Shown: positions 50,330-59,670 of the stretch, piece by piece
Layout: the number at the start of each line of letters is the position of its first letter
Position numbering within the stretch: position 1 is the first letter of the stretch
From: a virus
Lineage: Duplodnaviria; Heunggongvirae; Uroviricota; Caudoviricetes
Reading direction: 5' to 3' (one strand)
Virus record (IMG/VR): IMGVR_UViG_2706794662_000007
Length of the DNA stretch: 64,000 nucleotides
Translations under genes and position numbers: made by a program
The notes under the pieces: generated by a model
What the model saw: the letters and a program-made list of their open reading frames with translations, nothing else
The model's database searches: none
Told to the model about the DNA's origin: nothing

Positions 50330-50719
50330 CTACATCACAGGACAATCATCAAACTCGCCACTTCTTGCGTCGTTGATAATGTGAGTGATCACACCAAACA
50401 CGGCATTGCTGCCCGTGCATCCATCGTCATCCTTTGGCAATGCTTCCTTCTTACCGGTTCTTAAATCCTCCAGATGCTGACGTGGAGACTTCCGGTATCT
50501 TTTTACGCGATATTCCCCATCCAGAGCGCATACAAGCAGAGAACCATCAACCGGGGTAAGTGAGGAATCAACCACCAGCAATGCACCCTGTAATATTCCC
50601 TCACGATGATGACTATCAGCTGCTCTCATGAAGTAGGTCGCTGAAGGATGTCTAATTATCTGCTGATCAAGAGAAATACGGCTCTCAGCATAATCCGCCG
50701 CAGGAGAAGGGAAGCCCAT
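50330..50719 (-). CDS. UmuD'-like S24 peptidase-fold protein (starts at the position equivalent to the UmuD self-cleavage site)
   Basis: MGFPSPAADY...HPSATYF matches UmuD from Gly25 onward; Ser and Lys of dyad retained (AADS, RVKR). Confidence 0.75.
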   Translation of the reverse strand: MGFPSPAADYAESRISLDQQIIRHPSATYFMRAADSHHREGILQGALLVVDSSLTPVDGSLLVCALDGEYRVKRYRKSPRQHLEDLRTGKKEALPKDDDGCTGSNAVFGVITHIINDARSGEFDDCPVM

Positions 50720-50735
50720 AGCGTTTTGCCCTCAA

Positions 50736-50755
50736 TACTGTTCATTTACACAGTA
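50736..50755. promoter_or_regulatory. LexA (SOS) box TACTGTTCATTTACACAGTA
   Basis: perfect CTGT-N8-ACAG core 17-36 nt upstream of UmuD'-like start; in-frame TGA upstream excludes longer ORF. Confidence 0.7.
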
Positions 50756-50831
50756 TACATGAAAGAAGCTCACTCAGTGCAACTGATCGGTACATAGCAC
50801 CAGACAAAGGAACGTTATTTTCTCGAACAAG

Positions 50832-50854
50832 AAAAGGTAGAAAACAAATTGTTT
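50832..50854. repeat. 23-bp element AAAAGGTAGAAAACAAATTGTTT, right copy of direct repeat, followed by hairpin 50855-50875
   Basis: identical to 46989-47011. Confidence 0.8.
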
Positions 50855-50904
50855 AAGGCCACAACTAGTGGCCTTAATGGAGAAGGGATGCTTATTGGCT
50901 ATGG

Positions 50905-51423
50905 CTAAAAATCAAANNNNNNNNNNNNNNNNNNNNNNNNNNNNNNNNNNNNNNNNNNNNNNNNNNNNNNNNNNNNNNNNNNNNNNNNNNNNNNNNNNNN
51001 NNNNNNNNNNNNNNNNNNNNNNNNNNNNNNNNNNNNNNNNNNNNNNNNNNNNNNNNNNNNNNNNNNNNNNNNNNNNNNNNNNNNNNNNNNNNNNNNNNNN
51101 NNNNNNNNNNNNNNNNNNNNNNNNNNNNNNNNNNNNNNNNNNNNNNNNNNNNNNNNNNNNNNNNNNNNNTTTAAAGGAAGATAGGTTCCCCATAGTAGCT
51201 GTCTGCCGTGCGCTCGTGTGAAATACCGGGCCATCTTCGGATTGCTATGCTGCTTAGGAGCGCCTGGTCTGTATGTCTGATACCCGGCCAACATCCCATC
51301 AAACCTGTATAGAGGGAATGTAACAACTCCTTCGCTTTCATCGATCCACTGTCTATATGGATGCACATCATAGCGGTAGTTACGAGTTAGCAAATGAGCT
51401 TCCAGCTTTCCAAATTTAGTCAT
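50905..51423 (-). CDS. hypothetical protein interrupted by N-run
   Basis: N-terminal part MTKFGKLEAHLLTRNYRYDVHPYRQWIDESEG... visible; start at internal Met. Confidence 0.4.
   Translation of the reverse strand: MTKFGKLEAHLLTRNYRYDVHPYRQWIDESEGVVTFPLYRFDGMLAGYQTYRPGAPKQHSNPKMARYFTRAHGRQLLWGTYLPLXXXXXXXXXXXXXXXXXXXXXXXXXXXXXXXXXXXXXXXXXXXXXXXXXXXXXXXXXXXXXXXXXXXXXXXXXXXXXXXXXXXXXFDF
50917..51169. other. run of 253 N
   Basis: literal n characters. Confidence 1.
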
Positions 51424-51436
51424 AACTTCGCATCCC

Positions 51437-52291
51437 TCATAACACTTCCCATTTATCACCATATTTCTCCATAGCTCTTAGCCAATAAACATGGCCACTA
51501 GGCATAGTGATGTGAGGCTCGCCAAACTCTTCTCCATGTACATCAAAGATGTCCCCAACAGAAAATTGGGGGATTTCTGTTCCGTTTTCACCTATATGTG
51601 TAATTCGTATACGTTTCGGTTGGGATTGTCCACCTTTGAGCGAGTTGTTCACTGCTCTGGCAATTTTCTCCCGCAATTGCTGCGTTCCGTGATACGTAAC
51701 CGCAATATCCCGCAACTCATTCACTAGTTCTCGAATTTGGTGATCTTTAAGCTCATTATTTGGGTGATTGGTAACAACTCTGGTTAATTCCCCATTGTCT
51801 TTTGCTCTTACGTATGCAGCTCTTGTGCATTCGCCCCATGTATTACCGCCTACATTAACTTCGTAGATTAGGCTGGACTTATCTGTCAATTCGGAACAAA
51901 TACGGGCCGTGGTCTGGCAACTAGAGCATTCGCAGTTATCGCGGAAACCGTGGTCTACTGGCTTCGGTTTAACATCATCAACTTTTTCTACCCTATTGGA
52001 ATTTAAATACTTCGAAGCCTTGCTATGCCAATCGCTGGTTTTAGGATCTTGTCCATCCATCAAACGCCAGGCTTCAGCTATTAACTCATAACTAGTGACT
52101 GTAGCTTCCTGCGCATCACCAATAAGTCGTGTAATCTCTCTTTCAAGCCGACCGCCTAACTCCGTTTTAGTGCAATGTTCTGACCAATCGCCAGTCTCAA
52201 GAAGCGCGAGAATGCTTAAAATATCGTCCAATAGAACGGTAGTATTATCGACTTCCTTCTGAAACTCACCGGCTACTGATTTATGCATCAT
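51437..52291 (-). CDS. hypothetical protein, 284 aa (Cys cluster CECSSC)
   Basis: ORF track. Confidence 0.5.
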   Translation of the reverse strand: MMHKSVAGEFQKEVDNTTVLLDDILSILALLETGDWSEHCTKTELGGRLEREITRLIGDAQEATVTSYELIAEAWRLMDGQDPKTSDWHSKASKYLNSNRVEKVDDVKPKPVDHGFRDNCECSSCQTTARICSELTDKSSLIYEVNVGGNTWGECTRAAYVRAKDNGELTRVVTNHPNNELKDHQIRELVNELRDIAVTYHGTQQLREKIARAVNNSLKGGQSQPKRIRITHIGENGTEIPQFSVGDIFDVHGEEFGEPHITMPSGHVYWLRAMEKYGDKWEVL

Positions 52292-52569
52292 TCGTCATCC
52301 TCATCCGAGTCATCCTCATCACAGGATGAGAGTAGTGGGTTAGTCATTCGCCCTACTTGAGTGGCGTAGCAACGCCGACAGAGATTGCGCAGCACACTGT
52401 ATATTTCGAACATCTCGGTTCGTTCATCGCCAACATCAAGCTCAGATGCTATAGCGTGGCATTCAGTCGCGAGAGCCGATATTTTCTGAAATAACTCTGC
52501 TTTATTCACTCTTCGACTCCTGCGGAGGTTCTGGTAGCGGCATCCAGTGAGTTGCTTGCTCAATACCAT
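52288..52569 (-). CDS. small hypothetical protein with acidic C-terminus (start uncertain)
   Basis: ORF track; 5' part overlaps upstream gene so true start likely internal. Confidence 0.3.
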   Translation of the reverse strand: MVLSKQLTGCRYQNLRRSRRVNKAELFQKISALATECHAIASELDVGDERTEMFEIYSVLRNLCRRCYATQVGRMTNPLLSSCDEDDSDEDDE

Positions 52570-53119
52570 TACCCGGCTTAATCGTTACATCTCCGCGCCG
52601 AAAGGTGATTCCGGTATAGCGTGCGGAGCATATTAGCGGTTCAACCAGAGAGCTATCGAAATTCACCGAAATAAGCACGTTCTGGCCCTTTTCAGGCATT
52701 CGCTCACTACAGCTTATCCAACCATCCGGAGTTACCGGATGGGGTCCAGCGAACTCGGGAATGTCAGGACCTTTTCTGATAGCTTTAGCCAGATCCAGCG
52801 GGTCATCGTAAAGCCAGTCGCCAGTTTGTGGGTGATTTGCTTCTGCAAGCTGCGCAGCCCATTCAAGACCATCTTTTTGACCTTGGAGATAATCAAGCGG
52901 CAACTCTTCATGATTACTTGCAGGTTCTGCACTATCAGCTTCGCGCCGCTTCTGTAGCTCTGCTGCCATCGCTCTCACGACTTCAACTGGTGCCCTTGCA
53001 GCAAACTCTATGTTGGTGATCAGCTCATTAAGATATTGCTCGCCTGGATACTGTTTCTTATCGGTTATAGTGGTCATATCACTCTCCTTTTCCCTGAAGC
53101 ATAGCAGCGCGGCAGGCAT
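52502..53119 (-). CDS. DUF551-like prophage protein
   Basis: C-terminal ATHWMPLPEPP signature segment. Confidence 0.5.
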   Translation of the reverse strand: MPAALLCFREKESDMTTITDKKQYPGEQYLNELITNIEFAARAPVEVVRAMAAELQKRREADSAEPASNHEELPLDYLQGQKDGLEWAAQLAEANHPQTGDWLYDDPLDLAKAIRKGPDIPEFAGPHPVTPDGWISCSERMPEKGQNVLISVNFDSSLVEPLICSARYTGITFRRGDVTIKPGNGIEQATHWMPLPEPPQESKSE

Positions 53120-53465
53120 TCCAGCCTCTCACCTCTGCAATAGCGGCAACAGCATCAACCGCGTACATGCTAAGAGGATTAGGCATTGGTTTTTCTTCCG
53201 GTACTACTGGAACGGGTGGAGCGGCGTAGACCTCAATAATTCCATTATCAATAGGCCATTCTCCATCCTTGAGGTAGTCACTTGTGCCGTCAACTTGCTG
53301 TTCTGCAATGTGGAATGCACCTATTGGTTTTGCTTCCAGCGATGCCAGAGCAATTCGTGCCAGTTCTTCCGCTTCTTCTGCTGGCAGTACAACGTTGCTA
53401 CCAGGTCCGTATGTTTCGCGCCACTGTTTGATTGTCAGTAGTCGCTCTTTGGTAATAGTGGTCAT
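53079..53465 (-). CDS. Ea22-like early-region protein candidate
   Basis: 128 aa, N-terminus MTTITKERLL shared with neighbouring ORFs. Confidence 0.4.
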   Translation of the reverse strand: MTTITKERLLTIKQWRETYGPGSNVVLPAEEAEELARIALASLEAKPIGAFHIAEQQVDGTSDYLKDGEWPIDNGIIEVYAAPPVPVVPEEKPMPNPLSMYAVDAVAAIAEVRGWNACRAAMLQGKGE

Positions 53466-53489
53466 GTGTTACTCCTTAACCCGCAGTGC

Positions 53490-53739
53490 NNNNNNNNNNN
53501 NNNNNNNNNNNNNNNNNNNNNNNNNNNNNNNNNNNNNNNNNNNNNNNNNNNNNNNNNNNNNNNNNNNNNNNNNNNNNNNNNNNNNNNNNNNNNNNNNNNN
53601 NNNNNNNNNNNNNNNNNNNNNNNNNNNNNNNNNNNNNNNNNNNNNNNNNNNNNNNNNNNNNNNNNNNNNNNNNNNNNNNNNNNNNNNNNNNNNNNNNNNN
53701 NNNNNNNNNNNNNNNNNNNNNNNNNNNNNNNNNNNNNNN
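53490..53739. other. run of 250 N
   Basis: literal n characters. Confidence 1.
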
Positions 53740-53749
53740 AGTTGCCATA

Positions 53750-54271
53750 TCACTCTCCTTTGATGCGAATGCCTGCTGCAATGCTGTTTATGATGCTGTC
53801 AGTGCATGGAGTAGAAAGCTGGGCATCTCCAGCAATTTTCATGACCTCAACATCCGCATATCGAATACCGAGGTGTATCAGACCGGCTATACCTGACTTA
53901 AGTCGAACATTTTCCATAAACAGATCTTTTTCCCGCTGTTTAGCGGCTTCCAACTCCATCGACAATTTTTCCAACTGCTCTTTATGCTTCTTGTATTCCT
54001 GATACGCGTGCCAAGACTGACCTTTGCGCACACTATCAGTGATATCAGCAACCTGCTCCGGTGTTAGCGTGGTCAGTGGCTGTGCTGGAAAAATCATCAC
54101 TTTCCCGGCATCCCAATCAAAACCCGCCTGAATTGACTGAACCTCAACTGATGGTGTTGAACCGATGCGACCAGGCGAATGAACAACGATCGTTACATCC
54201 ATATCGCGACGATGGCTGTGGTTGTTGGACAAAATACGATTCACCAACTCAGAAAATTTGGAAAATTTCAT
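53750..54271 (-). CDS. Ea22-like protein (start at MKFSKF)
   Basis: C-terminus AAGIRIKGE identical to 54593..55123 product. Confidence 0.45.
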   Translation of the reverse strand: MKFSKFSELVNRILSNNHSHRRDMDVTIVVHSPGRIGSTPSVEVQSIQAGFDWDAGKVMIFPAQPLTTLTPEQVADITDSVRKGQSWHAYQEYKKHKEQLEKLSMELEAAKQREKDLFMENVRLKSGIAGLIHLGIRYADVEVMKIAGDAQLSTPCTDSIINSIAAGIRIKGE

Positions 54272-54591
54272 GCTGATCCCTCTTTCTCTCCCCGGATAAT
54301 TCTGTTGCACACATCCACACACTCGTCGCAGATGAAAACGGCGTCCCCAGCAATTAACTTTTTGACGGCGTACTGGGATTTGTTGCAGAAGCTGCAACAA
54401 AGTGTTCGCCTGACTGATAAGGATGGAGCGCCAGATGTCAGCCGCTCCATATCGTTCTTGCGACGCAATATCACACGGCTGAACTCAACCAGTTTCTCCG
54501 GGGATATCTCCTCCTCCGTAGCAAGCGCCTCTAATCGTTCGAGTATGTGGAAGGCTTTTTTCTGGGTAATTGCAGAATGCGATGTGGTCAT
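54268..54591 (-). CDS. ClpX-type C4 zinc-finger protein (domain-only)
   Basis: [34 protein letters not shown] parallels the ClpX N-terminal zinc-binding domain. Confidence 0.55.
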   Translation of the reverse strand: MTTSHSAITQKKAFHILERLEALATEEEISPEKLVEFSRVILRRKNDMERLTSGAPSLSVRRTLCCSFCNKSQYAVKKLIAGDAVFICDECVDVCNRIIRGEKEGSA

Positions 54592-54592
54592 C

Positions 54593-55123
54593 TCACTCTC
54601 CTTTGATGCGAATGCCAGCGGCGCGGGAATCATTCCATCGCTTTACTTCTTCACGAATTACGTCAATGCATTCTTTCGAATCCATTAGGTAATCTTCATC
54701 AAAAAGACGTTCCTGTTCGTTTTCTATCGCAACAATGATTGCTTCAACTAACTTTTGTGCCTGAGAATCACTTTCTAACTCTGCTATGCGCTTACTTCCA
54801 TCCGAGATAACGCCCTCGTAATACTCACGCTGCTCGTTGAGTTTTGATTTTGCCAACTCCAGTTGTTTTGTTAGTTCCGCAATACGGCAAACATCGTTGA
54901 TACGCGTTTCCTCTAATGCGTTGATCTCATCCAGTAGTGCCAGCACGGTTTCTGGTCCGGCCAGAAATTTGAAGGCGTTGAGGGCATCAATATCAACACC
55001 GCTATCTTTAAGTTCCTGTTCACTTAACAAGTCATCATCAGCTGGCAACATTAACAGGCGTTCCATTGCTGGAATTGCACGTTCCGCCACCTCACGCAGT
55101 GCCTGGTAATTAATTTCGCTCAC
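54593..55123 (-). CDS. Ea22-like coiled-coil protein
   Basis: 176 aa; C-terminus AAGIRIKGE; stop-start junction duplicated at 53745. Confidence 0.45.
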   Translation of the reverse strand: MSEINYQALREVAERAIPAMERLLMLPADDDLLSEQELKDSGVDIDALNAFKFLAGPETVLALLDEINALEETRINDVCRIAELTKQLELAKSKLNEQREYYEGVISDGSKRIAELESDSQAQKLVEAIIVAIENEQERLFDEDYLMDSKECIDVIREEVKRWNDSRAAGIRIKGE

Positions 55124-55364
55124 TGGCTGCCTCCTGCTTTTCTGCCTTCAACACCATGCGAGAACCATCATCCAGCTCCCACACTATCTCACCACCTTCA
55201 GCCATGACCAGTTGCCACACCAATTGAGCAGCCTCATTGGTAACATCACGACCTGGATCATTGCCAACGCGCATACGTCCACCTTCAACATCGCGCATTT
55301 TTGCCAGCATGATAGTTTTTGATAGCGGTGAAAAACCAAGCTGTAGTCGTGCTGAATTACTCAC
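55110..55364 (-). CDS. small hypothetical protein, 84 aa
   Basis: ORF track. Confidence 0.4.
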   Translation of the reverse strand: MSNSARLQLGFSPLSKTIMLAKMRDVEGGRMRVGNDPGRDVTNEAAQLVWQLVMAEGGEIVWELDDGSRMVLKAEKQEAASERN

Positions 55365-55903
55365 TGGTTGCCTCCTTTGCGAAGCTGGGCAGCAAAGTCA
55401 ACTAACCACTCAGTCATTTCAACCTTCCCTACCAGGTCTGAACCAGGGTGCATACAGCAATCACTCTGCGCCGCTTTGAAATCCTTATACTCATATTCTT
55501 GGGCCACCAGATTTTTTGCAGCTTCTATAGCAGCATCCACCCCCTGCGCACGTACTTCAGCCAGAAAAGCATCGGTGGCTGGAGTCTCCGTTAATTCGCT
55601 AACCCAATTATCTCCGTGTTCCTCGGCACACATCGCATCGAATGCTCGCTCAGATTCTTTCAGGGCTGCATTCTCCGCCGCTAATGCGTCTCTCTGCGCC
55701 CGCAACTTCTCAATTTCGGCAGCCATGTAGTAACCAACCATAGCGAAGACGGCAAAAGAGTTGTCTGCCTCATCAGGCGACACTGAGGCCATTAGCAGAC
55801 CATCGTAATAATCGTGACTCCCATTGGTGATCGCCACCTCATAGGAGTCGTGGTTCTCACGCTTGTGAATGAGAACTACGGGGTTTTCGATTTTGTTACT
55901 CAT
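55361..55903 (-). CDS. Ea22-like protein, 180 aa
   Basis: ORF track; coiled-coil centre. Confidence 0.45.
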   Translation of the reverse strand: MSNKIENPVVLIHKRENHDSYEVAITNGSHDYYDGLLMASVSPDEADNSFAVFAMVGYYMAAEIEKLRAQRDALAAENAALKESERAFDAMCAEEHGDNWVSELTETPATDAFLAEVRAQGVDAAIEAAKNLVAQEYEYKDFKAAQSDCCMHPGSDLVGKVEMTEWLVDFAAQLRKGGNQ

Positions 55904-56041
55904 GTGTTTTTCTCTTCTTTGCTGTTACATAAGCACTACCAAGTGCTGGTTTATTTTCACAAATAAGAAAATGTAGAAAACAATTTATTTAAGGCCACAA
56001 CTTATGGCCTTTATTTATTCATGCCGAAGGATTTGTAGCGT

Positions 56042-56422
56042 CTAATTGCCGTATAAAATGGGGTGAGGTGCTTGCCAGTAGGCTCCACCGGTCCATGTGA
56101 ACCCCATGCGAATAAGAGTGTTTATTGCGGCTTTGGTAGACTCCGATTCGACACTGGCTTTACGAAACTCTTGAACCTCTTTCGCCAACCTGTATGTAAT
56201 TGTGCAGGGGACGATTGCAGCCCAGCCTTTCTCATGACTGTTAATGACCATCTGGATGTGACCATCCAGAATAGGTTGATTAGACATGTTATTGAAAATG
56301 TCTGCCTGTTTTTGAATGTGAAGAAAAAGCCTTGCCAGCTCCATTTGCTCACTACGAGACAAGGGATTATCAAGAGGGCTTTTTGCAAAAGCGGCTATAC
56401 GCTGTGCGTCAATGCCAAACAT
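56042..56422 (-). CDS. hypothetical protein, 126 aa
   Basis: ORF track. Confidence 0.45.
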   Translation of the reverse strand: MFGIDAQRIAAFAKSPLDNPLSRSEQMELARLFLHIQKQADIFNNMSNQPILDGHIQMVINSHEKGWAAIVPCTITYRLAKEVQEFRKASVESESTKAAINTLIRMGFTWTGGAYWQAPHPILYGN

Positions 56423-57126
56423 CAGCGCACCTCACCATCTTTATGGCTGGAGTTAACTTCCGCCATTAAATGTCTGACGTAATCGACAAGAGAGCCACCT
56501 GGTGGAATCTGGCATTCCTCAACTAACTGGAAGTAGATATCCGCAGCATTACGTGTATTGCTACCCGCGCATATTCTTTCTTCCCGAAGTGCATGAAGCT
56601 CGTTGATCAAACGGTCACACTCTCCGTTACGCTGATCCACAACAGCCTCAAGTTCTGCGACGCGTTCACCTGGCGTCTTACCTTCTTCGCGTTGGATGGT
56701 AACGACGAAATCGCCAATTGCAGGGACGTTGTAATCCAGCTCAAGGTAGTTTTTGGCACCGCTGCGGACGAACTCACCCGCGAACATGGTGGCGAACATC
56801 TCAGAGGCCATTGTGCTGTTGAAAAGTGACTCCAGATCTAACGGAGTCCCGGCAGCCAGAGCCTCTTTTGCTGTATCCATTGTATCCATGAACCGATCAA
56901 ACTCATTAGCGCGCTTTTCCAGGTCTTTCCATTGCTCGCTCCAACGTTTGGCAATGAAGTCTATGAATGTTTTCGCGGATTCATCAAAATCCCCCTCAAA
57001 CTTAACGATGCCTTTATCAATAATGATCTGGCCTACCGCATCCTCTGCATAACCTTTCAATGTAAACTTGAAAGGAAAATCAGAATGGCCTGTGACGTTA
57101 AAATGCTCTAACTGGAGGTTGTTCAT
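56422..57126 (-). CDS. hypothetical coiled-coil protein, 234 aa
   Basis: ORF track. Confidence 0.45.
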   Translation of the reverse strand: MNNLQLEHFNVTGHSDFPFKFTLKGYAEDAVGQIIIDKGIVKFEGDFDESAKTFIDFIAKRWSEQWKDLEKRANEFDRFMDTMDTAKEALAAGTPLDLESLFNSTMASEMFATMFAGEFVRSGAKNYLELDYNVPAIGDFVVTIQREEGKTPGERVAELEAVVDQRNGECDRLINELHALREERICAGSNTRNAADIYFQLVEECQIPPGGSLVDYVRHLMAEVNSSHKDGEVR

Positions 57127-57187
57127 ATGTTTTTCTCTTATCGTTTAGTTATTACATTCTTACACAAATTAAGTAAGTATTTACCTA

Positions 57188-58892
57188 TCATTTAACGCGT
57201 TTGAAAACGTATACGCTGACTGTGATCCCTGTGTCTTCAAACTCGTTGGTAAACGACTTCCCTCTGGCATAAACGTAATTATCCATCGTCATCCAGTCCA
57301 GTATTGGCGCNNNNNNNNNNNNNNNNNNNNNNNNNNNNNNNNNNNNNNNNNNNNNNNNNNNNNNNNNNNNNNNNNNNNNNNNNNNNNNNNNNNNNNNNNN
57401 NNNNNNNNNNNNNNNNNNNNNNNNNNNNNNNNNNNNNNNNNNNNNNNNNNNNNNNNNNNNNNNNNNNNNNNNNNNNNNNNNNNNNNNNNNNNNNNNNNNN
57501 NNNNNNNNNNNNNNNNNNNNNNNNNNNNNNNNNNNNNNNNNNNNNNNNNNNNNNNNNNNNNNNNNCCAGATCGGCGTTAATATAGGCCAGAAGATCCCCA
57601 CGTCCGGCTTGAGGCTCCAACAGCTTCTCACCAGGCTTCAATTCAGTGGCTCTGGCAACGTACTCAGCAATCAAGCGTGGGGTAGGGTAGAACTGGTGTG
57701 ATTTTGTATCCGGTATTAAACCGGTAGCCACAATCGTATTTAGCGTATGGCCGATCTCATACGGGAACTGCCAGTGCTTTTTCTCCTGCACGCCGCCAAT
57801 GAAGCTCAGTGTGCGCTCAAGCTCTTCCACCTGCGACTTCTGGAGAGCTGAATCAGAGAAGTACCATACGCCTTTGTCTTTGCTCAATCGCCCGTCACGA
57901 AGCGCAGTGCGAACCGGCACGGAGATCGTCTTCTGGATTAACCCGAACTGCTTTGGTGCCCGTGTTTTTGGCGCAGTTCGGCATGGCGCGGGGATTGCAG
58001 CAGGCATACTGTAAGCCAGCACCTCATTCAACTTCCAGGCCACGTCAGGATGTATTTCAAAGTGAACGTTGCCGTTCTTGAACATCTTCACGCGCATCAG
58101 ATTTCCATCGACGTTCATCCAGTCACCGGTCTGGCAGTCGTTTGCCCGATACGCAGCTGATAGCACCTCAGCAGTGCGGTTGATGGTAATAAATTCTTTG
58201 TGCGCGAAGAAATGAAGCAAGACACGCAGATCGTCGATGTAGTCCTCTTTGCGATAGTTCACGCTAACGCTGTCACGCCAGAAATCAGAAATGCAGTCAG
58301 CGATTATCAGACGCTCGCTGAAACCGTTTGTCTTATTTGTCTTGTGCGCAGGACTCAGCGCCTTAAACAAGCCATACACGCGCTCAGAGAGATATTTGTG
58401 CCTGTCATTCAGCAAATTAAGCATCGTTGGTATGACCGTTTCTGCTTTGAACTCCGGTACACCAACGAACTCTTTAACCTTCATCTGATAGCCGGTTCTG
58501 TCAGTTTTGATGACTTCCTGCTTGCCCTCGATAAATAGCTCACGCCACTCGTCGCGACGGGAAGCTGGCATGATCAGCAGAACGTTAGTCATATCCGTAA
58601 CCTTCCTCCAGTACTCGGCCCAAATATTCTGTTTCACCCATTCCAGATCGACGTTATCCAGCCAGACTCGATTCAAACGTGAGCGATCTTCATCTGGTCG
58701 GTGGTTTAGTCGAAGCAGGCGATTAATCATGTTGTGGCGTTCATCGCCATAAACGAAGTCGTGTACCTGATACATGAAGGAGATCTCTTTCTCGCACTCG
58801 GCCACAATTTCGTGGATGACGTTCATTTCCTGTCGATAGTCGATAGCAGTGTTTGAGCTGGCATCGCCCATGATGGAAAGGGCTGTATTCAT
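57188..58892 (-). CDS. gamma-class N6-adenine DNA methyltransferase-like protein with ~390-aa N-terminal extension (interrupted by N-run; C-terminal frame uncertain)
   Basis: motif X-like QFYPTPR and motif I-like LEPQAGRGDL just before mask. Confidence 0.5.
57311..57565. other. run of 255 N
   Basis: literal n characters. Confidence 1.
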
Positions 58893-58995
58893 AATTGCAC
58901 CATTAAGAAATGATTTGTTTAATGATGCAATTATTTCAAAAATAAAAAGGTGCTAAATAGAAATTAACAGGCAATACTTAAAATAAAGGCATTGA

Positions 58996-59670
58996 CTAAT
59001 CATACTTGGATGTATTTATAACCAGGACTTTATTTGTATATAGTTTTTTTACATTCCATGTAACATTACTTGAATACCATTCACCATTATATATTTGGTT
59101 TCCCGTTGCGCCTGTCATTGTTACGTATACAGGTCTGTCGTAAGGTGTTCGTCTATAGTTATATACTCCAACCATTGCAGGCATTATCGCACACGGGTAT
59201 CCCATATTTATGGTAAATTGAGGATTTGTAATAGTGATAATCTCTGCATCAAGGGGCATCATCTCACCGTGATATACCATTTTACCTGCGCTATTATACA
59301 TGGCAATACCATATCCTGAATGTGGTAACACCATATCAGAAAAAGCATAAACTGTTATCGTTCCGGGGTTTCCTCCAACCTGATTCAGTCTGAGAACATT
59401 ATACCCATCTCTAAATTCATGAACGAACATCATATTCGCCTTATTACTGCTTTTTATAAAGAAAAAACATGATTTGTTCGACGGTATTGAAGTCTTAAAA
59501 ACAGAACCTTTAGACGTGGACATTGTCCCCCTATTAATCAAATTTTGCGGTGTAAATTCTGGACTCATCCACACATTACCATTTGACTGAGTAATTGACA
59601 TCCCGAACATTATTGTTATCCCCAATATGTATATATATAAGATCCAAGTCCCTTGTATAAATTTGACCAA
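58996..59670 (-). CDS. hypothetical protein in strongly AT-rich island, N-terminal TM segment
   Basis: ORF track; overlaps 59616..59897 in another frame. Confidence 0.35.
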   Translation of the reverse strand: MVKFIQGTWILYIYILGITIMFGMSITQSNGNVWMSPEFTPQNLINRGTMSTSKGSVFKTSIPSNKSCFFFIKSSNKANMMFVHEFRDGYNVLRLNQVGGNPGTITVYAFSDMVLPHSGYGIAMYNSAGKMVYHGEMMPLDAEIITITNPQFTINMGYPCAIMPAMVGVYNYRRTPYDRPVYVTMTGATGNQIYNGEWYSSNVTWNVKKLYTNKVLVINTSKYD

